A DNA stretch of 37,074 nucleotides from Gemmatimonadales bacterium (lineage in GTDB: Bacteria > Gemmatimonadota > Gemmatimonadetes > Gemmatimonadales > GWC2-71-9): positions 1-37,074 of the forward strand of contig JBBQFH010000031.1 of assembly GCA_038321865.1 (NCBI GenBank), written 5' to 3'. Positions within the stretch are counted from its first letter, which is position 1; each line of letters starts with the position of its first letter. Position numbers and translations under genes: made by a program. This document shows positions 15,376 to 24,047 of the stretch, piece by piece. The notes beneath the pieces were generated by a model that did no database searches, was not told where the DNA came from, and saw only the letters and a list, made by a program, of their open reading frames with translations.

Positions 15376-17414
15376 GCCGGCACGCCCAGTTCGTGGAAGA
15401 CGAAGCTCCAGCTGTCGGTGAGCTCGTCGAGCAGCTTCGACAGCGGCTTGCCCGCGCCGTGTCCCGCCTTTGCCTCGAGCCGGAGCAGGATCGGCCGGTC
15501 CGATCCCGTCGCCGCCTGGAGGCGGGCCGCCATCTTCCGCGCGTGCATCGGATCCACTCGCGTATCCGACTCCGCCGTGGCCAGCAGCACCGCCGGGTAC
15601 TTCGCTCCGGCCCGCACATGATGATAGGGCGAGTAGGCGCGGAGCCAGCCGAACTGCTCTGCGTCCTCCGCCGAACCGTATTCCGGAATCCACAGGCGTG
15701 CGATCAGAAACAGATGGTACCGGAGCATGTCGAGCAGCGGCACCTGGATGATCACCGCGTGGAACAGATCGGGGCGCTGAGTGAGCAGCGCACCGGTGAG
15801 CAGCCCGCCATTCGACCCGCCCGCCACGGCGAGGCGCTCGGGCCTGGTGTAGCCCTCCGCGATCAGCCACTCTGCGGCGGCGATGCAGTCGTCGAACGTG
15901 TTCTGCTTGGCGCCCAGCATGCCGCCCTGGTGCCAGGTCTCCCCGTACTCGCCGCCGCCCCGGAGGTTGGGGACCGCGAGCACGCCGCCGTGCTCCAGCC
16001 AGAGCAGGAGCGAGCGCGAGAAGCCCGGCGTCATGCTGATGTTGAAGCCGCCGTACCCCGTGAGGTAGACCGGATTGTTCCCGTCGAGCACGATCCCGCT
16101 CGGCTGCACGACGAACATCGTCACCGGGGTCCCGTCGCGCGATGCGTAGGTCACCTGCCGCACCTCGAATCGCTCCGGCGCCACGTCCGCCTCCACGCGG
16201 CGCCAGAGGGTCTGCTTCCCCGACGGAAGCGCGACCCGATAAATGCTCGGCGGGACCGCATAGGATGAGAAGCCGTACAGGAGCTCGTCGCCGTCGGGTT
16301 CGGAGCCGACCCCGAAGACGCTGCCGATGGCGGGAAGCGGAATGTCCCGAGCGGTGCCGCCGTCGAGATCGGCCAGCACCAGCCGCGACGTCGCGCGCTC
16401 GAGGTAGTTGAGCACCAGCGCGGTCCGGGTGACGGAGACGCCTTCGAGAACCGCGTCGGTGCGGGGCGGCACCAGCGTGCGCCAGCCCGCGCGGCCGGGC
16501 TGCTCCGGATCTGTGACATACAGGCCGTGCGTCGGCGCGTCGAAGTTGCTGCGGATGTACAATCGCCCGCCCACCACCTGCCCCTCGAAGAACGCGGGTT
16601 CATCGCGGGCGACGGCGACGAGCGGACCGTCCGCCGCCAGGTCGCGGACATACAAGTCGGTCTCGTCGAAGGTGCGGGATACGACGATGAGCATCCAGCG
16701 GCCGTCCGAGGAGACGCTTACGCCGGGCCAGTGCTCCTTGGCCTCCGGCCGGAACACCAGCGGATCCACGGAGGGATCGTCGCCCAGGCGGTGGAAGTAA
16801 ATGGTGCGGCCATACTGCTCGTCGCCATCGGGGACGGTGCCGGCAGCGGGATAGCGCGTATAGTAGAAGCCGCTGGAGTCGGGCAGCCAGGCGAGATCGG
16901 CGGCGCGGGTGTCGGGAATGCGGTCGGAAAGGAGTTCGAGCGTATCCAGATCGAGGATTTGGAGCACGCTTCGTTCACTTCCGTCCTCCGACAGGCCGTA
17001 GGCCAGCAGCCGGCCATCCTCGCTCGGATAGTACCAGTCGAGTGCCGTGGTGCCATCGGGGTTGATGACGTTGGGATCGATCGCGACACGGTCGGCGCCG
17101 CCCAGGCCATCGCGAACGTAGAGGACCGGCTGGTTCTGGGTGCCTTCGCGAAGCAGATAGAGGTACCGGCCGCGCGCCGGTGTGGGTACGCCGAGGCTGC
17201 CGATGGCGAGCAGCTCCTCGAGCCGCCGACGGATGCGGGGCCTGGCGTCGATCGCCGCGAAGAAAGCCTCGGTCTCCGCGTTCTGCTCCGCCGTCCATTG
17301 CGCCACGGCGGGATCGTCCGAATCCTCCAGCCAGCGGTAGGGATCGGCCACCGCTTCGCCATGGAGGATGTCCACCGCGTCCGACACCAGCGTCCCGCGG
17401 CGGTCAGTCGCCAA
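15372..17414 (-). CDS. Prolyl oligopeptidase (S9A)
   Basis: DPYRWLED, GYGGFN, NLRGGGEYG, GGSNGGLL (catalytic Ser), DTRV, GHGAGK. TTG start overlaps the pfkA stop. Confidence 0.94.
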   Translation of the reverse strand: MATDRRGTLVSDAVDILHGEAVADPYRWLEDSDDPAVAQWTAEQNAETEAFFAAIDARPRIRRRLEELLAIGSLGVPTPARGRYLYLLREGTQNQPVLYVRDGLGGADRVAIDPNVINPDGTTALDWYYPSEDGRLLAYGLSEDGSERSVLQILDLDTLELLSDRIPDTRAADLAWLPDSSGFYYTRYPAAGTVPDGDEQYGRTIYFHRLGDDPSVDPLVFRPEAKEHWPGVSVSSDGRWMLIVVSRTFDETDLYVRDLAADGPLVAVARDEPAFFEGQVVGGRLYIRSNFDAPTHGLYVTDPEQPGRAGWRTLVPPRTDAVLEGVSVTRTALVLNYLERATSRLVLADLDGGTARDIPLPAIGSVFGVGSEPDGDELLYGFSSYAVPPSIYRVALPSGKQTLWRRVEADVAPERFEVRQVTYASRDGTPVTMFVVQPSGIVLDGNNPVYLTGYGGFNISMTPGFSRSLLLWLEHGGVLAVPNLRGGGEYGETWHQGGMLGAKQNTFDDCIAAAEWLIAEGYTRPERLAVAGGSNGGLLTGALLTQRPDLFHAVIIQVPLLDMLRYHLFLIARLWIPEYGSAEDAEQFGWLRAYSPYHHVRAGAKYPAVLLATAESDTRVDPMHARKMAARLQAATGSDRPILLRLEAKAGHGAGKPLSKLLDELTDSWSFVFHELGVPA

Positions 17415-18483
17415 GGCTGATTCCGAGCTCCCGCGCGGTCATGATCGTATCGGAATCGAGCGGGACGTTCTTGGTGCGGCCGATGACGTCGGCGATCGGC
17501 ACCCGGGTGATCGTCGGCCCGTTGAGGCCGACCATGCACCCGAAGGCGCCGTCGGCGATCGCCCGGACGGCCGCCGCCCCGAAGCGGAGCGCGAGCAGGC
17601 GATCGTAGGTGGTGGGCGAGCCGCCGCGCTGCAGATGGCCGAGGACCAGCGTCCGGACCTCCTTGCCGGTCACCTCGCCGATCGCGCGAGCCACCTGGCT
17701 GCCGATCCCGCCGAGCCGGTCCACCGTCCCCATGCCGCGGCGCTCGACCAGCGCGACCGTGCCGTCCTTCGGCACCGCGCCCTCCGCCACGACCACGATA
17801 CTGAAGCGGCGGCCCGCCGCCTCCCGCTCGAGAATCTTCGCGCTCACGCGCGCCAGATCGAACGGAATCTCCGGAATCAGGATGACGTCGGCACTTCCTG
17901 AGATGCCGCTGTTGAGCGCGATCCAGCCGGCGTGACGTCCCATGAGCTCGACGACCATCACCCGGTCGTGGCTCTCGGCGGTGGAGTGCAGGCGGTCGAG
18001 CGCTTCGGTCGCGGTGCCGACGGCGGTGTCGAATCCGAATGTGCGCTGAGTACCGAACACGTCGTTGTCGATCGTCTTGGGCACGCAGACGACGGGCATG
18101 CCCTTGAGCGACAGCTGGTGGGCAATCTGCAGGCTGCCATCACCGCCGATCGAGACCAGCGCGTCGAAACCGGACGCGTGGAAGGCACCGACCAGGTCGT
18201 CCGACCGGTCGCACTCGTACTCCGCGCCCGACTCGTCGCGCCGGACGTAGCGGAACGGATTGCCGCGGTTGGTCGTCCCGAGTATGGTGCCGCCCAGGTG
18301 GGTAATCCCGCGCACCTCGGCCGGCCCGAGCGGGACGACCCCATCGAAGCTGAGCAGCCCTTCGAATCCGCGCTGGATTCCGTACGAGCGCCAGCCACGC
18401 TGGTGGGCCGAGAGCACCACGGCCCGGATGACGGCATTGAGACCCGGCGCGTCGCCGCCGCCGGTGGAGATCGCGATTCGCGT
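17404..18483 (-). CDS. pfkA: 6-phosphofructokinase (PfkA family, GGDG/PKTIDND type), apparent ACG start
   Basis: The conserved N-terminus RIAISTGGGDAPGLNAVIRA lies upstream of the track start (18420). The codon at the Met position is ACG (18483-18481), 6 nt after GAGGAG; in-frame TGA at 18507-18505. GGTILGT, GGDG, PKTIDND, MGR and LGHLQRGG motifs. Confidence 0.92.
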   Translation of the reverse strand, partial: TRIAISTGGGDAPGLNAVIRAVVLSAHQRGWRSYGIQRGFEGLLSFDGVVPLGPAEVRGITHLGGTILGTTNRGNPFRYVRRDESGAEYECDRSDDLVGAFHASGFDALVSIGGDGSLQIAHQLSLKGMPVVCVPKTIDNDVFGTQRTFGFDTAVGTATEALDRLHSTAESHDRVMVVELMGRHAGWIALNSGISGSADVILIPEIPFDLARVSAKILEREAAGRRFSIVVVAEGAVPKDGTVALVERRGMGTVDRLGGIGSQVARAIGEVTGKEVRTLVLGHLQRGGSPTTYDRLLALRFGAAAVRAIADGAFGCMVGLNGPTITRVPIADVIGRTKNVPLDSDTIMTARELGISLGD

Positions 18484-18484
18484 G

Positions 18485-18715
18485 TTACGCTCCTCTTTCC
18501 CTGATCAATCTGACGATTTCGCCGGGGGCCGCATGACGCCCGGCGGTTTTTTTTGAAAAGATGGGCACGTCGTCCACCGCCACATCGAACCGGCCGCCCG
18601 AGGCCGGAATCAGCTGGACGGTGACGCCCGGAAAAGCCTGCTCCAGCTCAGCCGCCAGACCGGCGGCTCGGGGCTGGTAGTTTCAAACGACGCAGTATTG
18701 TACGCGCACCCGCAT
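18485..18715 (-). CDS. Rdx family (SelW/SelT/SelH-like) selenoprotein, CxxU, 76 aa
   Basis: Manual translation MRVRVQYCVV(U)NYQPRAAGLAAELEQAFPGVTVQLIPASGGRFDVAVDDVPIFSKKTAGRHAAPGEIVRLIRERGA*. In-frame TGA at codon 11 (18685-18683); GG.F.V and IFSK Rdx motifs; GAGG SD upstream. Confidence 0.9.
18643..18677 (-). promoter_or_regulatory. Bacterial SECIS element
   Basis: mRNA CCAGC-CCCG-AGCCGCC-GGUCU-GGCGGCU-GA-GCUGG. Two-part stem; the G-led apical loop GGUCU begins 21 nt after the UGA and resembles the E. coli fdhF SECIS apex. Confidence 0.8.
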
Positions 18716-18830
18716 GATGACCGCCTCGCTCGTGTGAATGCCGCTCTCGATGCGAATCGTACTGCGCCCGGTTGGTGCTGCCAAGTGCGCGCCTTGTCAG
18801 CCCGCCGTGCGCCACGTATCTATTGAAACC

Positions 18831-20240
18831 ATGCGAACCTGCCTGCAACGAAGCCTGCTCGTGCTCGGCGCCGTGGCCGCCCTCGCGACCCGGGGCGAAG
18901 CCCAGCGCCGCCGCTACCTGCTCGAGGCGAGCGCGGGCGGCACCTACATGTCGTTCGACAACGCGACCAACCTCCATTCCGCCTTCGGCGGGGTCGGCCG
19001 GCTGGGGTTGTGGCTCCCCCTGCACCTGTCGGTCGAAGGCGAAGCGCTGCTCACGAGCCCCCGCACGACGATCAACGGTTTCGCCTGGACCGCGCGGTTC
19101 TTCACCGGTTCGCTTCTGGCCAACATCCCGGTCGGCAACACCAGCTCGTTCTTTCTCCGGGCCGGCTACGGCACCTCCAAGTACGACTCCGACCGCTGCT
19201 CGGCCGGAATCTCGTTCGTGGACATCGGCCCCTGCGGAAGCACGCCGGTGCTGATCGGGGGGCTCGGCTTTCGCGCCGGCATTTCACAGACGCTGATGCT
19301 CCGGATGGAGGGCGCGGCCAACCACAGCACATCGAAGAGTCTCACGAATTTCGGCGGCTCGGTCGGGCTCAGCGTGATGCTCGGCAGCAAGTCGGCCACG
19401 GACGTGGATCACGACGGCGTCTACGATACCGACGACCGGTGCCCCAACACGCCGCGCGGCGTGCTCACGGATCGCCGTGGCTGCCCGACCGACACCGATC
19501 ACGACGGCGTCCCCGACGGGCTGGATCGCTGCCCGACGTCGGCGCCGGGCACGGTGGTCGATACAGCGGGCTGCCCCCGTGATACCGACCGCGACGGCGT
19601 GGCCGATGGCCTCGACCGCTGCCCGAATACGCCGGCGGGTGCCGCTGTGGATGCTGCCGGCTGCTCGATCGACAGCGACAAGGATGGTGTCGCCGACGGC
19701 CTCGACCGCTGCCCCGATACCCCCGCCGGCGCGAGCGTCGATCAGCTCGGATGCCCGGGTGACGAGGATGGCGACGGCGTGTTCGACGGGCTCGACCGCT
19801 GCCCGCACACGCCGCAGGGACAGACCGTCAACTCGCTCGGTTGCCCGCCGTCGGGCGGCGCGTCCGGCGGTCCGACCACCGCCCCTCTGGAAACGACCAT
19901 CCTCCACGGCGTGGTCTTCGCCCCCGGCAGCGCGCGCCTGGGCCCGGAGTCGCAGCCCGTGCTCGACTCGCTCGCCCGAACATTGCTGGACAATCCCGCG
20001 CTGATGGTGGAGATCGGTGGGCACACCGACAACACCGGCAACGCGGCCGCCAACCTGAATATTTCGCGGCTGCGGGCGGAAGCGGTGCGCAACTATCTGA
20101 TCGCGCGAAAGGTGCCGTTCACGCGGCTGGTGGCGAAGGGCTACGGATCCGCCATGCCGCTGTCGACCGCGAACACCGACGCGGCACGCTCGGCGAACCG
20201 ACGCGTCGAGATCAAGCCGCTGCCGACCACTCCGCCATGA
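18831..20240 (+). CDS. OmpA family protein: N-terminal OMP beta-barrel, thrombospondin type 3 repeats, C-terminal peptidoglycan-binding domain
   Basis: Signal peptide from ATG 18831; DxDxDGVxDxxDRCP repeats; GHTD..G....N..IS..RA..V, GYG...P, NRRVEI. Confidence 0.92.
   Translation: MRTCLQRSLLVLGAVAALATRGEAQRRRYLLEASAGGTYMSFDNATNLHSAFGGVGRLGLWLPLHLSVEGEALLTSPRTTINGFAWTARFFTGSLLANIPVGNTSSFFLRAGYGTSKYDSDRCSAGISFVDIGPCGSTPVLIGGLGFRAGISQTLMLRMEGAANHSTSKSLTNFGGSVGLSVMLGSKSATDVDHDGVYDTDDRCPNTPRGVLTDRRGCPTDTDHDGVPDGLDRCPTSAPGTVVDTAGCPRDTDRDGVADGLDRCPNTPAGAAVDAAGCSIDSDKDGVADGLDRCPDTPAGASVDQLGCPGDEDGDGVFDGLDRCPHTPQGQTVNSLGCPPSGGASGGPTTAPLETTILHGVVFAPGSARLGPESQPVLDSLARTLLDNPALMVEIGGHTDNTGNAAANLNISRLRAEAVRNYLIARKVPFTRLVAKGYGSAMPLSTANTDAARSANRRVEIKPLPTTPP
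19401..19847 (+). repeat. Five coding repeats of about 87 bp (29 aa), TSP type 3 Ca-binding
   Basis: D.D.DGV.D..DRCP.TP.G..VD..GC repeated five times. Confidence 0.85.
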
Positions 20241-21148
20241 GCTCCTCGGCCGGCGTGCGCCTCGCGCTCGCCGGTTTGCTCGCCTCCGCCCCGCTCGCCG
20301 CCCAGGCGAGCTGGCGCTATGATCAGCCGGTCCGTGCCGTCCGCACCGCCTACTTCGCCAATCGCCGGGTCAACGAGAGCTCGGGCGTGGCCGTCAGCCG
20401 CACCCAGCCGGGCGTCCTGTGGACGCACAATGATTCGGGCAACGACCCGATGCTCTACGCGACCGATACGCTGGGCCACGATCTCGGGACGTTCCGCGTC
20501 GTCGGTGCGACAAACAATGACTGGGAAGCGATCCGCGTCGGCGCCTGCGGCAGCGGAAGCTGCCTCTACATCGGCGATATCGGGGACAACGCCGAGCGCC
20601 GTGGCGACATCGTGATCTACCGGATACCGGAACCGCGGGTGCGCGGAGACTCGCTCGGACCGATCGCCACCGCTCGCGCCGTCGCCTTGCACGTGCGCTA
20701 TCCCGACCGGCCGCATGACGCGGAAGCGATGCTCATGACTCCGATCGGCGACCTGCTCCTGGTCACCAAGGGAATCGGCGGCGTGCGGCTCTATCGCATC
20801 TCGCTCGCGGCCTGGGACAGTGACGCGCCGGCGACGGCCAGCGCCACGGGCACGCTGCCCATCCCGGCCGACACGGCGTCGTTCCGCCTGGTCACCGACG
20901 GAGCCGTCGCGCCGGACGGCGTGCACGCCGTCATTCGCACCTATCGCGATCTCTATTTCTTCCGGCTCACCGCGGACAACCTCGTGCCCGATTCGCCGGC
21001 CCGCGCCTGCAACATCCTCGGCCTGGAGGTGCAGGGCGAAGGCGTGGACTGGCTGGACCAGCACCACCTCGTGCTCACCGGCGAGCAGGCGTTCGCCCTG
21101 GCCGGGTCCATCGCCGTCGTCACCTGCCCGAGCATGGAGCAACCCTGA
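20237..21148 (+). CDS. Secreted hypothetical protein (ESSG..HNDSG / DWE / IGDIGDN / DAEA family, probable beta-propeller)
   Basis: ATGA overlap with the ompA stop; signal peptide; conserved acidic motifs and QGEG near the C-terminus. Confidence 0.72.
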   Translation: MSSSAGVRLALAGLLASAPLAAQASWRYDQPVRAVRTAYFANRRVNESSGVAVSRTQPGVLWTHNDSGNDPMLYATDTLGHDLGTFRVVGATNNDWEAIRVGACGSGSCLYIGDIGDNAERRGDIVIYRIPEPRVRGDSLGPIATARAVALHVRYPDRPHDAEAMLMTPIGDLLLVTKGIGGVRLYRISLAAWDSDAPATASATGTLPIPADTASFRLVTDGAVAPDGVHAVIRTYRDLYFFRLTADNLVPDSPARACNILGLEVQGEGVDWLDQHHLVLTGEQAFALAGSIAVVTCPSMEQP

Positions 21149-21183
21149 TGCAGCCGTATCCACCCCTCCGATCCGGATTTCGC

Positions 21184-22833
21184 ATGCGATACGCAGTGCT
21201 CGGCATTTTCGGCATTTTCGGCCTTCTCGGCTGCGTGTCGGCTCCGCTCGCGGCGCAGCGTCCGGCGGCGGCGTCCGATGCGCGGGTCGCAACGTCCGCG
21301 AGCGCGGAGGTGCTTCGCGCGCACCTCGAGTTCCTGGCGGATGACGCCCTGGAAGGCCGGGCCCCGGGCACCAGGGGCGGGCTGCTGGCCGCGAAGTACA
21401 TCCGCAGCCAGTTCCAGCGGCTCGGGCTGCAGCCCGCCGGCGAGGACGGGAGCTACTACCATCGGGTCCCGATCGTGTCGCTGACGCCGGCACCAACGCT
21501 GGCGCTGCGCATCGGTGGGGCGGCGCGCGCCCTCAGATACCGCGACGACTTCGTCCTGTGGTCCATGCGGAACGACTCCCTCGTCCGGTTCTCGAACGAT
21601 GCGGTCTTCGTCGGCTACGGCATCGTCGCGCCCGAGTACGGCTGGGACGACTACAAGGGGCTCGACGTGAAGGGAAAGATCGTAGTCACGCTGGCCAACG
21701 ATCCCGGCCTTCGCGATTCCACCATCTTCCGGGGCAGGATTCTCACCTATTACGGACGCTGGACCTACAAGATCGAGGAAGCCGAGCGGCAGGGCGCGGC
21801 CGGCATCATCATGATCCACACGACCGAAAGCGCCACCTATCCCTGGAGCACGGTGGCGTCGTCATGGACCGGCGCGCAGGTCCGGGTCGAACGTCCGGCG
21901 ACGTCGCTCCTCGTCGCCGGGTGGGTGACGGAGCGCATCGCTGCGGGGCTCTTTCCTGCGGGCACCGACCTGCCGGCCCTGATGCAGCGGGCGGCGGTGC
22001 GGGGGTTCAGGCCAGTGCCGCTCGCCGGTGCCCTCGAAGGGGACGTGCGGAGTGCGATGGTCAGATCGGAAACGTTCAACGTGCTCGCACGGCTGCCCGG
22101 ACACGGCCCTCACGCCGACGAAGCGGTGCTGATCGGGGCCCATTACGACCATCTGGGCGTCGGCGTGCCCGTGAACGGCGACTCGATCTACAACGGCGCC
22201 CTCGATAACGCGTCCGGCACCGCGGCCATGCTGGCGTCGGCCGAGGCGTTCGTGCGGGCGGGCGTTCGTCCGGCGCGCTCGATGGTCTTCATCGCCTTCG
22301 CCGCCGAAGAATCGGGGTTGCTGGGCTCGACGGCGTTCGCCGCCCGGCCGACCATCCCGCTGAAGCGCATCGCCGCGGTGCTGAACATGGACGTGATGAA
22401 CCTGTCCGGCCGGACGCGTGACGTCGCCGCGCTGGGCGTGGACCAGTCCTCCCTCGGTGCGGTGTTTACCCGCGCGGCCAGAGCGGAAGGGCTCAGGGTC
22501 ACGGTCAACCAGGATGCGCTGATCAAGGGGAGCTTCTTCCGTTCGGACCACTTCCCGTTTGCCCGGGGCGGAGTTCCCGCCCTCTCGCTCGAGAGCGGCA
22601 CCGACTATCCGGGCCACCCGGCCGACTGGGGAACCAAGCAGCAGGACGACTATACCGAGCATCGGTACCACCAGCCCAGCGACGAGATCCTGGAATCGTT
22701 CTCGTATGATGGTGCGCTGCAACAGCTTCGGGTCGTGCTCCGCACCGCCGTGGCGGTGGCGGATGCCGCGGCGCAGCCCGCCTGGAACGCCGGTTCCGAG
22801 TTCCGGCAGGCTGGAGAAGCCCGCGTGCGCTAG
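21184..22833 (+). CDS. M28 family metallopeptidase with PA domain
   Basis: FLADDALEGR, VFVGYGI.APE..WDDY, GAHYDHLG, NGALDNASG, AEESGLLGS, RSDH, YHQPSD. Start 21184 or 21148. Confidence 0.92.
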   Translation: MRYAVLGIFGIFGLLGCVSAPLAAQRPAAASDARVATSASAEVLRAHLEFLADDALEGRAPGTRGGLLAAKYIRSQFQRLGLQPAGEDGSYYHRVPIVSLTPAPTLALRIGGAARALRYRDDFVLWSMRNDSLVRFSNDAVFVGYGIVAPEYGWDDYKGLDVKGKIVVTLANDPGLRDSTIFRGRILTYYGRWTYKIEEAERQGAAGIIMIHTTESATYPWSTVASSWTGAQVRVERPATSLLVAGWVTERIAAGLFPAGTDLPALMQRAAVRGFRPVPLAGALEGDVRSAMVRSETFNVLARLPGHGPHADEAVLIGAHYDHLGVGVPVNGDSIYNGALDNASGTAAMLASAEAFVRAGVRPARSMVFIAFAAEESGLLGSTAFAARPTIPLKRIAAVLNMDVMNLSGRTRDVAALGVDQSSLGAVFTRAARAEGLRVTVNQDALIKGSFFRSDHFPFARGGVPALSLESGTDYPGHPADWGTKQQDDYTEHRYHQPSDEILESFSYDGALQQLRVVLRTAVAVADAAAQPAWNAGSEFRQAGEARVR

Positions 22834-22900
22834 CACAACTCGCTGTGCCGTGGTATCTTGCGCGCGTTTCGCGCAGGCCCACCAGCGTAAGGGAGCCCAT

Positions 22901-24007
22901 CTGGAACTGCCCACACAGCACCGGATTCCCATTACCTGGCTGCTCGCCAACGCCGGGGAGTCGATTCGGTACCGCACCCTGTCCGAGCTCGCACCGGCCG
23001 GCGCCGTGGATCAGGCCACGCTCGAGGCCGCCCAGCATGCGGTCACGCAGTCCAAGACCGCCCTCGCCGTCGTGAAGAAGCAAAAGGAGTCGGGGGTCTG
23101 GGGTGGCAATCTCCTCGGACTCGCCCCGTCTCCCGCCCACGGAATCAGGGACGTGGGGACGATTCCCCAGTATCGCCGGTTGCTCCAGCTCGCCTGGCCA
23201 CGAGGCACCCGCCCGTTCAAGCTCGCCGACCGGCTCCTGTTCCGGCTGCTGTCGCGCGACGAAGACCCCGCCCTCATGTTCGAGTTCCAGAAGCTGGCGA
23301 AGATCGCGCCGGCCGCGGTGCCGTGGGCGCGTGACACCATCCGGGAAGCGGCCAGCGCCGCGCTCGCGGAGGCGGGCTACGGCGAAGATCCGCGCCTCCG
23401 GGGCGCCGGGCACAAGATCGCCAATTCGGTCTCCCAGTTTCTCCGGAGCCCGCTTGCGGAAAAGCCGTTCGTGAAGGCGGGGAAGCAGATCGCGCTGCAT
23501 GCCGACGCACACCCCCCCAGCTGGTACTCGGTCACCATGCTCGCGATGATGCCGAATCTCCGGCGTGAGCGCGCAGGCTTCACCGAACGCCTCGGCCATT
23601 ACCTGGCCCAGCCGGCGCCGAAAAAGTCGTTCGTCGTCGCCGTGGGCAGGAAGACCGTGAAGCCGCAGCATCTCCTGCTCGGCGACCCGATCGAGGCCGA
23701 TTCCAAGGGATGCCCAAAGGATATTCCGGTCGCCCTGCACTACATCGAATTGCTCGCGCGACTCGGGGCCCTGCAGTGGGCGCCCGTGGCGACGAAGGTG
23801 CTGGGCTGGCTGCTCCGCGACTGCGACGAGCAGGGCGTCTGGCGCCCAAAGAATTTGCGTTCGACGCCGAAGGCCACCAACAAGATCAGTTATCACTACT
23901 TCCCGCTGCAGCCCGACGGCAAGACCGTCGAGGGCCGCGAAGCCGACGTGACGTTCCGCCTGGCGCTCATCGCCAAACTGCTCGGCTGGGAGTTGCAATA
24001 CCGCTAG
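22901..24007 (+). CDS. Hypothetical alpha-helical protein, prenyltransferase/squalene-cyclase-repeat-like; probable CTG start
   Basis: WLL...IRY.TL.EL, QKESGVWG and DEQGVW (QW-like) motifs. SD AAGGGAG precedes in-frame CTG 22901. Confidence 0.65.
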   Translation: MELPTQHRIPITWLLANAGESIRYRTLSELAPAGAVDQATLEAAQHAVTQSKTALAVVKKQKESGVWGGNLLGLAPSPAHGIRDVGTIPQYRRLLQLAWPRGTRPFKLADRLLFRLLSRDEDPALMFEFQKLAKIAPAAVPWARDTIREAASAALAEAGYGEDPRLRGAGHKIANSVSQFLRSPLAEKPFVKAGKQIALHADAHPPSWYSVTMLAMMPNLRRERAGFTERLGHYLAQPAPKKSFVVAVGRKTVKPQHLLLGDPIEADSKGCPKDIPVALHYIELLARLGALQWAPVATKVLGWLLRDCDEQGVWRPKNLRSTPKATNKISYHYFPLQPDGKTVEGREADVTFRLALIAKLLGWELQYR

Positions 24008-24028
24008 CCGTCTTGCGTTACCGCGCAA

Positions 24029-24044
24029 AGTAGTTCACACTACT
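24029..24044. promoter_or_regulatory. Putative operator palindrome overlapping a leaderless promoter of the TrmB gene
   Basis: AGTAGT-TCAC-ACTACT; TTGCGT-N17-CACACT-N6-ATG. Confidence 0.55.
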
Positions 24045-24047
24045 ACC

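Noticed and set aside
18481..18554. Rdx-PfkA fusion by frameshifting at the A8 run
   Set aside because: The pfkA frame has a TGA at 18507-18505, between the A8 run and pfkA. An SD plus ACG explains initiation more simply.
18485..18715. Rdx gene as a pseudogene with a nonsense mutation
   Set aside because: The TGA is exactly at the redox position and is followed by a SECIS-like hairpin; the rest of the frame is intact.
18648..19025. Track ORF of 125 aa on the - strand
   Set aside because: Antisense to ompA and out of frame with the selenoprotein; no recognisable motifs.
19401..19847. Periodic repeats as a CRISPR array
   Set aside because: Degenerate in-frame protein repeats (TSP3) without unique spacers; no cas genes nearby.
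21200..21230. 9-bp tandem repeat (cggcatttt) and a similar one near 28704-28727
   Set aside because: Only 2-3 copies and frame-preserving (GIF-GIF, DRL-DRL); no evidence of phase variation.
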